NCBI RefSeq assembly: GCF_009914755.1
Contig: NC_060935.1
Length of the DNA: 64,000 nt
Reading direction: 5' to 3' (one strand)
DNA from: the human T2T-CHM13v2.0 reference genome, Homo sapiens
Shown here: one piece after another, positions 1 to 13,079 of the stretch
Layout: the number at the start of each line of letters is the position of its first letter
Position numbering within the stretch: the first letter of the stretch is position 1
Made by a program: the position numbers and the translations under genes
Notes under the pieces: generated by a model
Database searches by the model: none
Told to the model about the DNA's origin: nothing
What the model saw: only the letters and a program-made list of their open reading frames with translations

Positions 1-1089
1 ATCTCATGTCTGTCAGGTTGCCTCTGTGAGGTCAAGTGTTGTGCTAGACGCTGGGGAATGAATAACTCCTGGCCCCGCCTTTAAGGGCTGCACAGTTGGG
101 CAGGAGGATGGCCACCCAGGGGGACCGAGGCCAGCCCTGCAGCAGGGCCACCCAGCAGCACTGTGGGAAGTCCCTGTGCTCCACGGGGCAGGAGAGGTTC
201 GGGTGGGCCATCCGCTGGCAGGGAGCTGGGCCCAGGCACTTGGGAAGCTTGGGAGCCTGAGAAGAAGGTGTCAGGGCCTGGTAAGCTGTGGGGGAAGCAG
301 TGACTGGCCGGAGACCCCAGGAAAGGCACATAGCCCAGAATGGACATGTGGCTCACCCGAGGCTGGTTGACTGAGGGGGCTGCGTGGGGGCTGGGCCTGA
401 AGCCAGACCAGCCCTACAGGGCCCAACTCTCTGCAGGTGCACACACTGTCGCCAAGGCACGTGGACACACCTGCACCCCCAGGCCCCAGCCACCGACAGC
501 ACCATGCCTGCCCCCTGGGGGCCCTCACCCTGGGCTGAAGCCCACCCAGGTCTGCTGGAGGCACCGACCCAGGAGACCTCCTTACCCTGGCCTCACTGCC
601 CGGCTCTGTGCTGAGCCTGCCCTGTGTGGTCTGAGCGGAGCTCACAGTGCCAGGGGCTGGGCCAGCTGTAAGTGGCGGGGTGTGGCGGGCTCATCACGCT
701 TGTTGTTTGTTAAAGTTCAACTCCGTTGGACCAAGCTGAGATGAGGCTTGGTCTAAAATAAAACCGGAGCTGCGTCAGTGTGTGGGCCGGCTCTGTAGGC
801 TGGAGGCCACTCCACAGCCAGCAAAGTGTGGCTGTGCACCCCAGGGCTGTCCCCACCCAGGCTGGCGAGCTGTCCCCATGAGGCCCAGCTGTGGCCTCTG
901 GTGAACCCGAGAGGCAGAATGGCCGGCCGATCCTGAGGCTGTGTCTGCACCCACATGGCTGCGGTGGGCACAGGGCCCACTCCCAGGGACCCGATTCCCA
1001 CACTCAGTGTCTCCCATGAGCTCCTGGGCTTCAGGCTTGTGGCTCCCCTTCAGCTGGGGTCAGACACCTCAGGCTTGGCTCTCACTTCT

Positions 1090-1260
1090 TGAGCCAATGT
1101 CTTGGACATTTCGTGAAAATGGAACCGTGCACCGTGCCACCTTTTGTATCTGCTTCTTTCACTCAGTGTCACCCCTTCCATGCTCACCCACAAGGTGGCA
1201 TGTCTCATCACTTTCTTCCTTTTTATGGCCAAGTAGTGTTCCACTGCATGGGTGCCCATT
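1090..1260 (-). mobile_element. Old L1M (L1MB/MC-like) 3' region fragment
   Basis: ggacatttcgtgaaaatggaacc...tgcttctttcactcag...ttcctttttatggccaagtagtgttccactg resembles the antisense L1M 3' UTR. Confidence 0.7.
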
Positions 1261-1677
1261 CTCCAAGAGCTGTGGTACATGGCTGGTCTGAGCTCATCCC
1301 AGCCCAGTGTCTCTTGGTGAAGGAGAGAACCATGGGGTGAGGACAGAGCAGAGGACCCTTCTTACTCCAGGAAATAAACAGCATTTTCTGAGCCGTGTTG
1401 AGTGTTGGGCTTTGTGTCGTACGTCAGCTAGAAGAGGGTTCCCCAGATGAGGCTGGGGAGGGGTGGGGGCACGGTCTGCCCATGCTCCTTTTGCTCCCTC
1501 AGGGCCTCCCAAACACTGAGATCCTAGTTTGAAAGGATCTGCCAAGTTCCCTGAGCGCCCCCCTCTCAGAGTCCCCTGCAGGGGTGTCCCCAACAGCCCC
1601 TCCAGAATTTAGGCCTGAGAAGCGGAGGAGGGAAACCTCCCCCCAGGATGCTCATTAGGAAAGAAGCCCCCAGGGCC

Positions 1678-2118
1678 AGCATGGCAGCCCCCAAAAGATA
1701 TGTCCTAGTCCCCGGAACCTGTGAATATGACTTTATTTGGAAAAAGTCTTTGCAAATGTAATTATGTTTCTCAACAGAATATGACCCGGGATTTATGGTG
1801 GTTTAAAATCCAATGACACGTGTTCTCGTAAGAGACAGAAGAGGAGGAGACACACAGCTGGGAGAGGGCATGTGGAGATGAAGTCAGAGACAGGATGCAG
1901 CCAAGCCAAGGAACGCTGGGAGCCCCCAGAAGCTAGAAGTGGCAGGAGGCCTCCTCCCCGGAGTCTTGGGATGGCACGGGGCCCTGCCACACCTGGCTGC
2001 AGCCCTGTGAGGCTGCTGTCTGACTTCTGGCTCCCAGGACTGTAGGGGAACACATTCCCCTTGCTTGAAGCTGCCCCGTTTGTAGCCACTTGTGGCAAGC
2101 CCAGGCCACTCAAACACA
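1678..2118 (+). mobile_element. MLT1 (MLT1C-like) ERVL-MaLR solo LTR
   Basis: ccccaaaagatatgtcc...ggaacctgtgaatatgactttatttggaaaaaagtctttgcaaatgtaatt...caagccaaggaacg...gacttctggctcccaggactgt are typical MLT1 blocks. Confidence 0.85.
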
Positions 2119-3893
2119 CCCAACAAAGTGAAGAAATAGGCGGCTGGGCCCTGGCTCAGTCCTGCAGAGGCACGAGTCAGCTCTGCGGAGGGGACCCTCG
2201 ACATTCTGCTGGCAACAGGGACCGTGTGTGCGGGGCCAGGCCTGGTGTAGCCGACGTCAACCCTGCAGCAGGTCACAGAGGCCCGTGGGGGGTCTTCCAG
2301 GAGGCATTTTATGGGGCACGTGCCCTGAGGAACTCTCTGGCCAGTCACCTGCCCTAGCTGGATTTACATTGAGAGGGCAGCGAGAGACCCCATGAGTGTC
2401 ACAAAACAGTGATCTCAAAGTAGCTCACTCACTTGCAGAGGGGCGTTACCCTTGAACACTCGTGACCATCCTGGGCCCAGCACACCCACGGGGCAGTAGC
2501 GAGCGGTGGAGATGAGGGGCAGAGACCAGTGGGGATTCAGGCGGTCACTGTCACCTCCCCAGCCTGAGGCCTGGGTAAGGCCAGAAAGCTGAGTCACCCC
2601 ACCCGGGGGCTCCTGCAGCCCTGCCTGTGGACATAGCCAGCAGCCCACACGGAGTCCCCGGGCGCTGACCTCTTCCAAACAGCCTTGCCAGTCCTTCCCC
2701 CAGAATTAGCCGACAGTGACCCGGAGGGACCAGGGGATCTGAGGCCACCGCCTTTGTCCCGAGGGGCTTGGCCAAGGATGCACAGTGGAGTGGACACTGC
2801 TTGCCAGGCCTCTTGTGGACTGCACGCTAGGCCTCTGTGCCAGGCTCTGGATGGGGCAAAATCACAGGTGGCACATGGCTCATATGGTATTCTGGGGATG
2901 CGTCCTCCCCTGAGCCAGTGCTAAGGAGGTGGCTCCCACTGTCCCATGCAGTGTCCTGGCCCTTGGTCAGAGTAAAGCTCTGGTCAGGAGGAAGGAGCAG
3001 GATAACGTGGGGCTAACCTGTCTGCTGCAGGAAATGCATGGAGGAGGAGGTGGCTGTCACTCTTGCTCTGTCAGTGGTGGAGTCTGTGCTGGTTCCCTGG
3101 GGCTCTGCCTGCTCCAGGGGGAGATAAGATTCACCAGCCAGGGGGCAGAACAGCCCCCGGGGCAGAGCCTCCAGGGAACAGCCCCATTCCACACAGAGAA
3201 AGCACTGGGTGGGGCGGGAGGCACGCACAGACGGTGGGGAGGGCTGAGTGTTGGGGGCAGCCCTGAGTGCTGTCTCAGGGGCACCCCCAGCCTCACCATC
3301 AACCACCCCTCCATTAGCCTTGGCTACTGAGATGCAGCCTAGAAGAGGACGTGGGCTAGGAAGCCTCCTGGGTTACCCCGTCGGCCGCCACAAGCCTGGC
3401 ACCCAGGCACTAGGCTTGCAGAACTACTCTGCCTCTCGCTCGGGGCCGATGTACGGGTTTACTTTTACCTTATGCAGAGTTCTAACAGGGTGGCTAACTG
3501 GATCTGCGGCACACAGAGGATCAGGATCAGGAAATCAGACAAGGAAGAAGGGCTGCAGAGGCAGGCCCATGCACACAGAGGGAGAGGCCGGATGGCAGAG
3601 CGTGCACGGCCGACCCCAGGATGCAACAGCACCGAATGCCAGTGCCACAGAGAGCAGGCTGTGCCACACGCGGGCCTGGCATGACCTGGTGCCCAAACGC
3701 AGCTGGCAGGACAGGCTTGGATGGACTGGAGACATTAAATGATGTTCTCCATTTAAAGAAAGTAGAGTAAATGAAGAACATTTTAGAACATTCCATCCCA
3801 AATGGGGGCCAGACTCCGAGTCGGGGTGCCCAACAGATCTGCGGGGGAAAGGTGCTGTGACACCGCGGTCTGGGGGTTTAGGGCACACAGAAA

Positions 3894-3980
3894 GCTCACT
3901 CGCCACGCTCACCACGCTCACTCGCCACGCTCACCACGCTCACTCGCCACGCTCACTCACCATACTCACCACGCTCACTC
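3894..3980. repeat. Minisatellite with a 22-bp unit gctcactcgccacgctcaccac (13+9 subunits), about 4 copies, degenerating rightwards
   Basis: Directly visible tandem copies. Confidence 0.9.
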
Positions 3981-4164
3981 ATGAGTGGATGAGCAATCAC
4001 AGACAGCACCACAGGCTGGCGGCAACTCCGGCGCTCTTATCTACCCAGCTTCTCCCTGCCCAGACTCTGCTGTGGGGACCAGGATGTAATCTGGGCGCTG
4101 ACCCATGTCCACCCTCTCCTCGTTCAGCTGGGATGAGCCATGACCCAGCAGGCTGGGGTTTCCA

Positions 4165-4612
4165 GGGAGTGCGCTTCTCTCCCGGGGGGGCCGTAGCAGA
4201 GGGCCTGGGTGCTTTAACCACAGACGTTCATGTTCCTACAGTCCTGGAGGTGAAGTCCAAGATCAAGGTGTGGGCAGGGTGGGTTCCTCTGGGGACTGCG
4301 AGGCAGTTTCTGTTCCAAGCATTTTTGTGCCCCTGGTGGTGGCTGGCAAGCCTTGGTGTCCCTGGCTTGGAGGAGCATCACCCCCCTCTGCCTCCATCTT
4401 CGCCTGGCCTTCCCACTGTGTGCCTGTCTGCGCCCAAACCTCCCTCTTCTTACAAGGAAGTGGGCCAGTAGATCAGGGGCTGCCCTACCCTTGTGACCCC
4501 ATCTTAACCAGTCACATCGCAATGTCCCAATTTCCAAGCAAGACCTCACTCTGAGGTAATGGGGGTTAGGGCTTCAACGTAAGAATCCAGGGGAACACGA
4601 TTCATTCCACAG
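4165..4612 (-). mobile_element. MLT1 (MLT1C-like) solo LTR
   Basis: cagtcctggaggtgaagtccaagatcaaggtgtgggcagggtgggttcctctg...ctgaggtaatgggggttagggcttcaac is antisense MLT1. Confidence 0.85.
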
Positions 4613-4771
4613 CCGTGAGTTATGGGCATGCTTGTCTCATCTCACATGCCTCCCCCAGGCCAGTGTCCCCAAGGGCAGGGGCCAGGGCTCACCCATCTCT
4701 GCAAGGAGGAGAACAGAACCAGCAAGCGGGGCGCCCACGGGCAGGTCAAGGGGACGGCGTCTGAGAAACCC

Positions 4772-4858
4772 AGGCAGGCTGGGGCCCCCTCCCTCCTGCG
4801 GAGTCGAGGTGATGAAGGCAGGCTGGGGCTCCTCTCTCCTGCGGAGTCGGAGTGATGA
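4772..4858. repeat. Tandem duplication, 2 x 43-44 bp
   Basis: aggcaggctggggccccctccctcctgcggagtcgaggtgatga followed by aggcaggctggggctcctctctcctgcggagtcggagtgatga. Confidence 0.9.
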
Positions 4859-5029
4859 GGACCATTCTCATCCTACCACCTCCTCCCTGCCCGCGGGAGC
4901 CTGGGAGTCTCATGTCCAGCCTGACACACACACGATACCCATGGCCACAGCTTCACGATTAGCGACGGGGGTGAGCTGACTCCATGGAGGCCTTGAAACC
5001 CACCCCGTCAGCCCCACCCAGGGCTGCAT

Positions 5030-5670
5030 CTTTATAGTTTTAATTTTTAACTGTACTGCGGTAAAATCCATATAACATAAAACTTCCAACCTGCCCAACA
5101 TGGTGAAGCCCCATCTCTACTAAAAATACAAAAATTAGCCGGGTGTGGTGGCGGGCGCCTGCAACGCCCAGCCACTCGGGAGGCTGAGGCAGAGGTTGCA
5201 GTGAGCTGAAATCACGCCACTGCACTCCAGCCTGGGCGAAAGAGTAAGACTCAAAAAAAAAAAAAAAAAAACTCAGATATAAAACTCAGCACGCTAACCT
5301 GTTAGCACAGAATTCAGTGTCACTGAACACACAATGTCCAGAACATTCTCATCTTCCCAAACTGAGCCTGTCCCTGTGAACCACTAACTCCCCATCTCCT
5401 TCCCCAGCCCCTGGCACTCACCCTCCGACTTTCTGTCTCCATGGACTTCGCTACTCTAGAAGCTTCGTATGACTGGGATGGTTCAGTGCTGAGCTTGTCT
5501 CCCGTGACTGGCTTATTTCACTTGGCATAATATCCTCAAGGGTCCTCCATAGGAGGCCTTTGTAGCCAGTGTCGGTTTTCCCTCCTGCCTAAGATGGAAC
5601 GATGCTCCCTGATCGGGATACACCACATTTGCCTTCCTCCTGCACCCGTGATGGACACTTAAGCTGGCCC
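5030..5670 (-). mobile_element. L1MB-like 3' end interrupted by an Alu
   Basis: ggtaaaatccatataacataaaa...ccccagcccctggcactcaccctccgactttctgtctccatgga...gactggcttatttcacttggcataat. Confidence 0.8.
5086..5270 (+). mobile_element. 5'-truncated AluS with an internal deletion of about 25 nt in the right arm
   Basis: ccaacatggtgaagccccatctctactaaaaatacaaaaattagccgg...gaggctgaggcagaggttgcagtgag plus poly(A). Confidence 0.95.
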
Positions 5671-6052
5671 TTTCACCTGAGAACACCTGTCCTTCCGTCA
5701 GCCTGGCTGCACCTCTAAGCCTTCCCTACTCATCAGCCTGGCGGGAACAGTAGGAATAGCCACCGGCCCCCCACCAACCATCCTTGGCTTCATCAAGAAA
5801 ATGGACAGCTGGCTGTGCTGGCTGGGCAGCTTCCTGGCGTGCCCTCCTGGCCAGTCACCTCTGCAGGTAGCAGGTGGGCTGGCAGGCACGAGCCAGCTAG
5901 GACACGGTGAGTGATGACTAGATGTGTAGGTGACTGTGGGCCTCACCAGAGACCTCTGGGCAGGCAGGGGTGAGGCCAGCAGGCACTGACAGATGTGGGG
6001 CGTGGAGCCTGGTGTCCAACTTGGCTCTGAGAGCCCGGTTTATGGCCTAAGG

Positions 6053-6265
6053 CAGTGGTTTTCAAGCGGGGGAAACGGTGCCCCCCACAAAACACATTCA
6101 GCCATGTTGGGAGATATTTTTGGTTGTGACAACAACTTGTGTTGCTACTGGCATCTTGTGGGTGGAGACCAAGGAAGCTGCTATACATCCTACAAAGCAC
6201 AGGACAGTCCCCCACAACAGAGAATTGCTGAGTCCCAGGTGCCACCAATGCCGGGGCTGACCCTG
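6053..6265 (+). mobile_element. MER20 hAT-Charlie non-autonomous DNA transposon
   Basis: cagtggttttcaa...gctactggcatcttgtgggtggagaccaagg...catcctacaaagcacaggacag...ccctg; flanked by an 8-bp TSD gcctaagg/ccctaagg. Confidence 0.9.
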
Positions 6266-6532
6266 CCCTAAGGCTGAGGGCAGCCATCTTGGAAGGCAGC
6301 CTGCAGTTCTCGTGGCAGCTGGCACAGAGCAGGACCCATGCAAACCAGAGAGCTCCTCACTCAGAAGCTTCTGCACACCCCGTGACAGTGGCTAGAGGGG
6401 GTTTACTGCCCAGGATCCACGCTACTCCTCTGTGCACGGGCCACTGAGTGCCCAGTAGTGCCTGGGCAAATGCTGAGTGGCTGCTGCATGGCATGGTTGA
6501 GTTATTGCAGAGAAGTTACAAAAACAGACTAC

Positions 6533-6930
6533 ATAGTGAGCTGATCGGTGGCCCTCGAAAGATATGTCCATGCCTTTAACCCCTGGCACCTGCCAATGTG
6601 ACCTTATTTGGAAACAGCCTCTTTGTAGATATAATTAAGTTAAGGATTTCGAGATGAGATCATCCTCGGTTACTGAAGTGGGCCCTGAATCCAGTGACGG
6701 GTGCCCTTATGAGGGATGAGAAGAGAGAGGAGGATGAGGCTGTGTGACGACAGAGACACAGGTTGGCACCATGTGGCTAGCAGCCAAGGAATACCGGGAG
6801 CCCCAGAGCTGGAGGAGGCAAGGAAGGACCCTCCCCTAGAGCCTAGAGGGGGCTCATGGCTTTGCCCACACCTTGATTTTGGAATTCTGGCCTCCGAACT
6901 GTGAGAAAATCCATGTGTGTCGTTTGCAGC
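6533..6930 (+). mobile_element. MLT1 (MLT1C-like) solo LTR
   Basis: aaagatatgtccatg...tgtgaccttatttggaaacag...taattaagttaaggatttcgagatgagatcatcc...cacaccttgattttggaattctggcctccgaactgtgaga. Confidence 0.9.
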
Positions 6931-7606
6931 ACAGCCCCTGGAGGTGCCTGTGGGCTGTGCTCAGCCCTGCTTATGGGACACGGCCATAGCCTCCTGACCC
7001 TCACTGGGCAGGGCTCTGGGACTCTCTCCAACACCTCCACTCTAACCATCAGGTCCTTCCTGGAGCACAAACCCAACAGCCCAGGAAGGTTGGCAAACGA
7101 CTCAGAAGTCATGTGGGCCTGAGTGGCTACTCCTGGAAGCTGGTTCCCAAAGAAGCATTTTCACAAGACAACCTGATCACGCAGCTTCCTGCCTGTACCC
7201 TGGCGGGGTTTCCAATGGGCCTCCTAACTCCCGGGCACCATAGCCTCAGTTTCCCCACTGCCATGAAGAGAGGCAGGAAATGTTCCCAGGGGATTTCTCT
7301 AGTATCTCAAGGGCTGACTGTCCCCCCATCTGGAGATCTCAGCAGGAAGGGGGCCCCCCCGGGACCGCTGACCAATCCCACAAATGAGAACTTGAACAGA
7401 GCAAGCAGGCGGGTAGAAGGGCAGGGGCGGCATGCGCTGGGTGAGGAGGCAGAGCCCTCAACCGGCCTGGCGTGGGGTGGCGGCTGAGCTCCCCAGGGTA
7501 ACTGCATGTGCTTTTCATGGAACTGGAACTGCAGTTTGATGGCCGGGCACCTTTCAGATCAGAGGATGCTCTGTTAGAGAAAGGCACGGAGGAGCCACAC
7601 ACAGTC

Positions 7607-8439
7607 TGCGTTGTGAAATGGGTATTTGGTTTTCCTCTCCTCTACTGACACATGGCTCCTAAAATCTCAGGACCCTCCAGAGTGCTGAGTGTCTTTGTAT
7701 GCTAGTGAGATGACTGGTGGCTGGGGGTCCCTAGATAGCTTCAGAATGGGGGCTGGTTACCAAAAGAACCAATCCCAAGATTAGAGGGTTGGAATTTTCC
7801 GCCCTGCCCTCCAGCCTCCAGGGAGGAGAGAGAGAGGCTGAAGGTTGAGTCGATCACCAATGGCCAATGATTGAATCAATCATGTCCGTGTAATGAAACT
7901 TCCATAAAACCCCCAAAAGGACAGGGTTTGGAGGAGTTTCTGAATAGATGAACACGTGGAGGTTCCTTGGGGGTGGTGTGCCTGGGCAGGGCATCAAAGC
8001 TGCACGCCTTCCCCTGTACCTCACCCCACACATCACTCCATTTGTAATATCCTTTATAAGAAACCGGCAAACGTATTTCCCTCCATTCTGTGAGCTGCTC
8101 TAGCAAATTAATTGAACCAGAGAAGGGCATCATGGGAACCCTGATTCATAGCTGGTCGGTCAGAGGCACAGGTCACAACCTGGGGCTTGTTCTTGGCACC
8201 TGCAAAGGACGTGGGGCCCATCTTGTGGGACTGAGCCTCACCCTATGGGATCAACACACTCTCCAGGTGAGCAGTGCAGAACTGAATTGAATTAGGGGCA
8301 CCTGCTGGTGTCCGAGGGAACCGATTGCTTGCTTGCTGTGTGTGGGAACCCCACTCATCTGGCCACTGAGGGCTCTGTGTGGATTGCGTTGAGAGAGTAT
8401 AGTGGGAAGAAACTGAGTTTGCTTTTTCCTATAGCCTCA
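7607..8439 (+). mobile_element. MER21 (ERVL) solo LTR
   Basis: cctagatagcttcagaatgggggctggttacc...gatcaccaatggccaatgattgaatcaatcatg...ttctgtgagctgctctagcaaattaattgaacc; TG...CA ends with a 5-bp TSD cagtc on both sides. Confidence 0.85.
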
Positions 8440-8584
8440 CAGTCCCCCCAAATTTGGCCTCAACGAGAGGCTGTTAGCAGACACGTTCCCATTTCTTAAG
8501 GCAACTTTCCAGAAGTCAGGAAACAGCCTATTTGGAAAACCCAACCCTGACCTCCCATCCTGTGCCTCTCCCTGGGGATGACAG

Positions 8585-8790
8585 GCCCGGTTCAAATCTC
8601 CACTCTCCACATGCAGGAGAGAGTCCTGGGGCCGCAGAACCTCTCCAGCCCCGGCCTGCCCACTCTGTGCCTCAGTGTCCTCATCTGGAAAATGGGCCAG
8701 TCCCAGCAGCTACGGGGAACATAGCTGTTGTGAAGATAAAATGAGCCCCCAAAGGTGGAGCCCCACACGTAGGACCTTCCAGACCAGCTG
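8585..8790 (+). mobile_element. MIR SINE
   Basis: ggttcaaatc...ctctgtgcctcagtgtcctcatctggaaaatggg...gttgtgaagataaaatgag MIR core. Confidence 0.75.
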
Positions 8791-10044
8791 TTAGCAATTG
8801 TCATTGTTTAGCCTGGGGTTTGGAGGGGGGCAAGGCTACTGCCCCTGTCTGTCCCTGTGAGACCCGGAGCAGCTGCCCGTGGGAGAGTGACTGACGGATC
8901 TCACTGTGGGCCGTGCAGTGTGTATGGTTCACCAGGGCCCAAATCCCTGCCCAGGGAGAGGCACTCAGCAGGGTCAGGAGGGGCCACCCCGCCCTCAGGT
9001 CACAGTAGACACCATCCCATCCCGACACCCCCTCCCTGGCCTGGACCAGCAGATGGACTTGGGACCAGGAGCGGGGTGGCCACCTCTGCAGGGACACAGG
9101 TCTTTCATCCGGTAGGCGACAAAAGGGGAGGCCCCTGCTGCTGCTGTGACCTGAAACCGCAGTCTCACTGCGACGACAGAGGCGAGACCTCAGCCCACCC
9201 TCAGGCTTCTGATGCCACAAAGGAGCAAATGTCACCGGGGCTGTCCTGGGCAAGGCACCGGTGTCCCCACCCACAGGTCCTTCAGGGATTGCATCCTCTG
9301 AGCCCACGTGAGCACCAAGGACACCGTCGCGGGACCACGTGGGGCTGCGGCCTCTGGGGATGGGCCAGCTGCTGTGTCTCCTGCTGGGGTGGCGGTGGAC
9401 CTCGGGAGCTTCTCTCACATGCCAAGCACGGGCACAGGATGGCCTCTTGGAAGAGGATGGGCCGGTGGCAAGAGCCCAGGCCAGGGCAGGCAAGGGCCAC
9501 TGGGGCCTGGGAGGGGTTGCGCTCTGATTCCCTGATCACCACCCCAGTCCTGCCGTGGGCGTCTCTTTTTGTCTGAGAATGGATGGAAGTGGCTCCTGCA
9601 GTCCCTGGGCTCGCGCTGTCTGAGCTCCTAATCCGGCTGGCCGGAGGCAGCGTCGCATTGCTAATCAGCTCCTTTGTGTGCCAGTCTCGTCTTCCTGACC
9701 AGCTCCCAGCTCCTGCCTGTCTGCAGCTCCTGCTCCAGAGACATTCACGGCCCCTGACTCACTGCAGCCTTTGCTGGCCCTGGGGTGGGGCTCCCAGGGA
9801 GGGGCTGGCCAAGCAGGGGAGTCAGGGCAGCTCTGGGAGGCCCCGAGCCACCGCACGCTCTCTCCTGGATGGCGCCCACCTCAGCGCCCACTGCAGAGCT
9901 GAGGGTCCTCACCTCGGGGTCTTGGTTTTCTCCCCTGAGAGCAGCTCAGTGACAGCACCGTCTCCCTAAGGCCACTGGGACGGGATAATTCACGCACACC
10001 CTCCGTACGGCGCCTGCACACGGTAATTGCTCATTAAACAGCTG

Positions 10045-10930
10045 GTGTTGTATTTTTTTCTGACACCAAATACATCATTCCAACATCAACCAATTCTCTA
10101 ATCCCTGCCAGCTGGGTGTCCTACTGCTCAGTTCAATTCTGACAGTACCTCCCAGAGTCAGTGCAGACCCTGCGGGCGAAGGGCCCAGTCCCACAAGACT
10201 GCCCCAGCCTCGGAGGCCAGTTGCCAAGAAGTGGCTCCCCAGATGACCCACACTTCTGCCTGGCTGACTACGAGTCAGAGCTCCCATAACCCTTGCTCAG
10301 GTCTGATATTTGCTAGAACCATTCACAATACTCGGGAACATGCATCACTTATGGCAACCAGTTGATTATGGAGGCTGCACCTCTGAACAGCCCACAGGGA
10401 AGAGAAGCTCGGGGCAAATGGGGGGTGCAGAGCTTCCACACCCCCTTGTGTACCACCAGCTTGGAACCTCCCAAGCCTGGTTGTTTTTTAAAAATTTATT
10501 TATTTAATTTTTTTTTTTTTTTTTTTTTTTGTAGAGATGGGGTCACACTATGCTGCTTAGGCTGGTCTTGAACTCCTGATCTCAAGGAATCCGCCCGCCT
10601 CGGCCTCCCAAAGTGCTGGAATCACAGGTGTGAACCACTGCGCCCAGAGTTTTAATGGAGGTTTCAATACTTAGGTACAGCTGATTAATCATTGGCCAAT
10701 GGCAATTGAGCTCAACCTCCAGCCCCTCTTCCTGAGCCTTCTGCACCTCTAGAATCATGCGGTTGGTTTTTCTGGTGACCAGCCCCTGCCATCCTGAAGC
10801 TATCTAGCCTCCGCCTCCCCTAAGTATCATCTCATTAACATATAAAAGACAGGAAATTCAAGAGGTTTTAAGAGTTCTGTGCCAGGAACTAGGGACAGAG
10901 ACCCCAATGCATGCTTTTTTATTATTCCAA
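10045..10930 (-). mobile_element. MER21 (MER21C-like) LTR, inverted relative to the 7.6-kb copy and interrupted by a FLAM
   Basis: cagttcaattctgac...cagtcccacaagactgcccc...tttgctagaac...aatcattggccaatgg...ttttctggtgaccagcccc...catcctgaagctatctag...tctgtgccaggaactagggacagagacc. Confidence 0.8.
10506..10648 (-). mobile_element. Alu left monomer (FLAM_C-like)
   Basis: poly(T)-gtagagatggggtc...ggctggtcttgaactcctg...cctcggcctcccaaagtgctgg; left arm only. Confidence 0.9.
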
Positions 10931-11287
10931 GTTGTCAAGTTGTCGAGAGTCCAGACACCTTGCCTCATTGGTCAGTCTTTCCTCAAGATCGAGACCCTCC
11001 CAGCTTCCCTGACCCTCATGCTACAGCCCAGTCCCATTGAAGCCTCCCCCTGCCGACTGGGCTGGTGTAGACCCCTGGTGGGCCTTGGTGGGAGGGTGTC
11101 CACTGCCTTGCTGGCCTTGGCAGATGCTGGGCTGCCCCAGTCCCCTCCCTGGGAACAAGGGGGAACAATGCATACACCTCCCTGCTGGCTCTGGGTGTCT
11201 CCAGCGTGTCAGGCCCTCGAGGTTCCTCCAGCTGCAGAACCTTCTGGGGGGCATCCTGCCTTGGCCAGCTCTGTGCTTGCCAAGCTA

Positions 11288-11971
<684 letters not shown>

Positions 11972-13079
11972 TATCGCTTTAACTTCTGTTCAGCTCTAGT
12001 CACCCCACAGCCCAGCACAGAGCAGGTGCCTGTAATCCCAGCTGGACAGCGTGTCTGAGTATCAAACAGCTATTCCTCAGTCTTGAGGAAGGTACAGATC
12101 TGATTTGAAAAGAAAAGCAACTTCTCTGGGACCCCCGCTTGAATAGCTGACTTGAAAGGCTGAGCTCTTACTCTACGTAATTGTCTTCCAAGTGCAAATT
12201 AACTCTGCTAAAGGAATCCTTGGTCCCCATAACCATTTAGACACAATCGAGACAGAGAATTTCAATGTTCTTGGCAAGCCCCTGCAAGCCCGAGGCTGAG
12301 CTTCATGGCAGCAGAGTGAAGATAAGCTTGTTATCAGCTCACTGAGTTTGAACTAGAACCGGAAACATCCTGTCTCCCTGCCAGCCACACAGAATGCCCT
12401 AGAAGGCTGTGGGTGTGGCTGGCATCAGCATCCTGGCCTGGCCTGGTGCAGCCTTCTGGGCAAAGGAGGCGCTGACATATGTGGCTTGTACTGGACAGAT
12501 GTGGGAGCCACTGCCCTCTCACTCCGCCTTCCTTCCCAAGGATGGCCGGCAGGGGTTGCCAGCATCCGGGTGGGCTGTGCCCAGACACTGGCCACCCCTG
12601 GAGCAGGCGGCTGCTCTCCCCACTCAGCGGCCCGCTGCCTGAAATAGATGCTTCCAGTTTTCTCCTGTGATTTTGATCTTTCTGAAAAGAGCCTCTGACA
12701 CAGACGTGCACACACAGCCATCTCTAACAATCGATGGATGGCTGGATTTCCCTTCCTACTGGGACTGCCCTGATCCCAGGTGGGGAGACTCTGCTTCTAG
12801 GGCTGCCTAGCCCAAGTCCCATCCCGTCCACCCGCCACTTCCCTGCTCTTGACCTCAGCCCGTCTCCCGCTGGGCTCCGTTCTCAGGGCAGCATCTAGAG
12901 TTTGGTGGGAGGCTGGCCGGCGCCTGTGCCCGGACATGGAGCCCACTCTCTGTCCTTCCCCTTCCAGAGTCCCCAAGGATGAGAACAGAGGCTGTCACTT
13001 TCTCCCCTAGGAGGCAGGTGTGGTCTATGGGAGAGGCTGCCCTGCGCAAGTGCTGAACCCTGGCTGTTGGGATCACGGG

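Noticed and set aside
508-521. CTCF-like CCCCCAGGGGGCAG on the minus strand, with similar cores at about 3135 and 62457
   Set aside because: Isolated GC-rich matches are common at this base composition.
729-753. Hairpin gaccaagc-N9-gcttggtc
   Set aside because: An 8-bp stem is within chance expectation; no RNA gene context.
3857-4471. 204-aa ORF
   Set aside because: It runs through the 22-bp minisatellite and an MLT1 LTR.
8801-9576. Overlapping 230/239-aa ORFs on opposite strands
   Set aside because: Stop-codon scarcity in GC-rich DNA; no recognisable homology.
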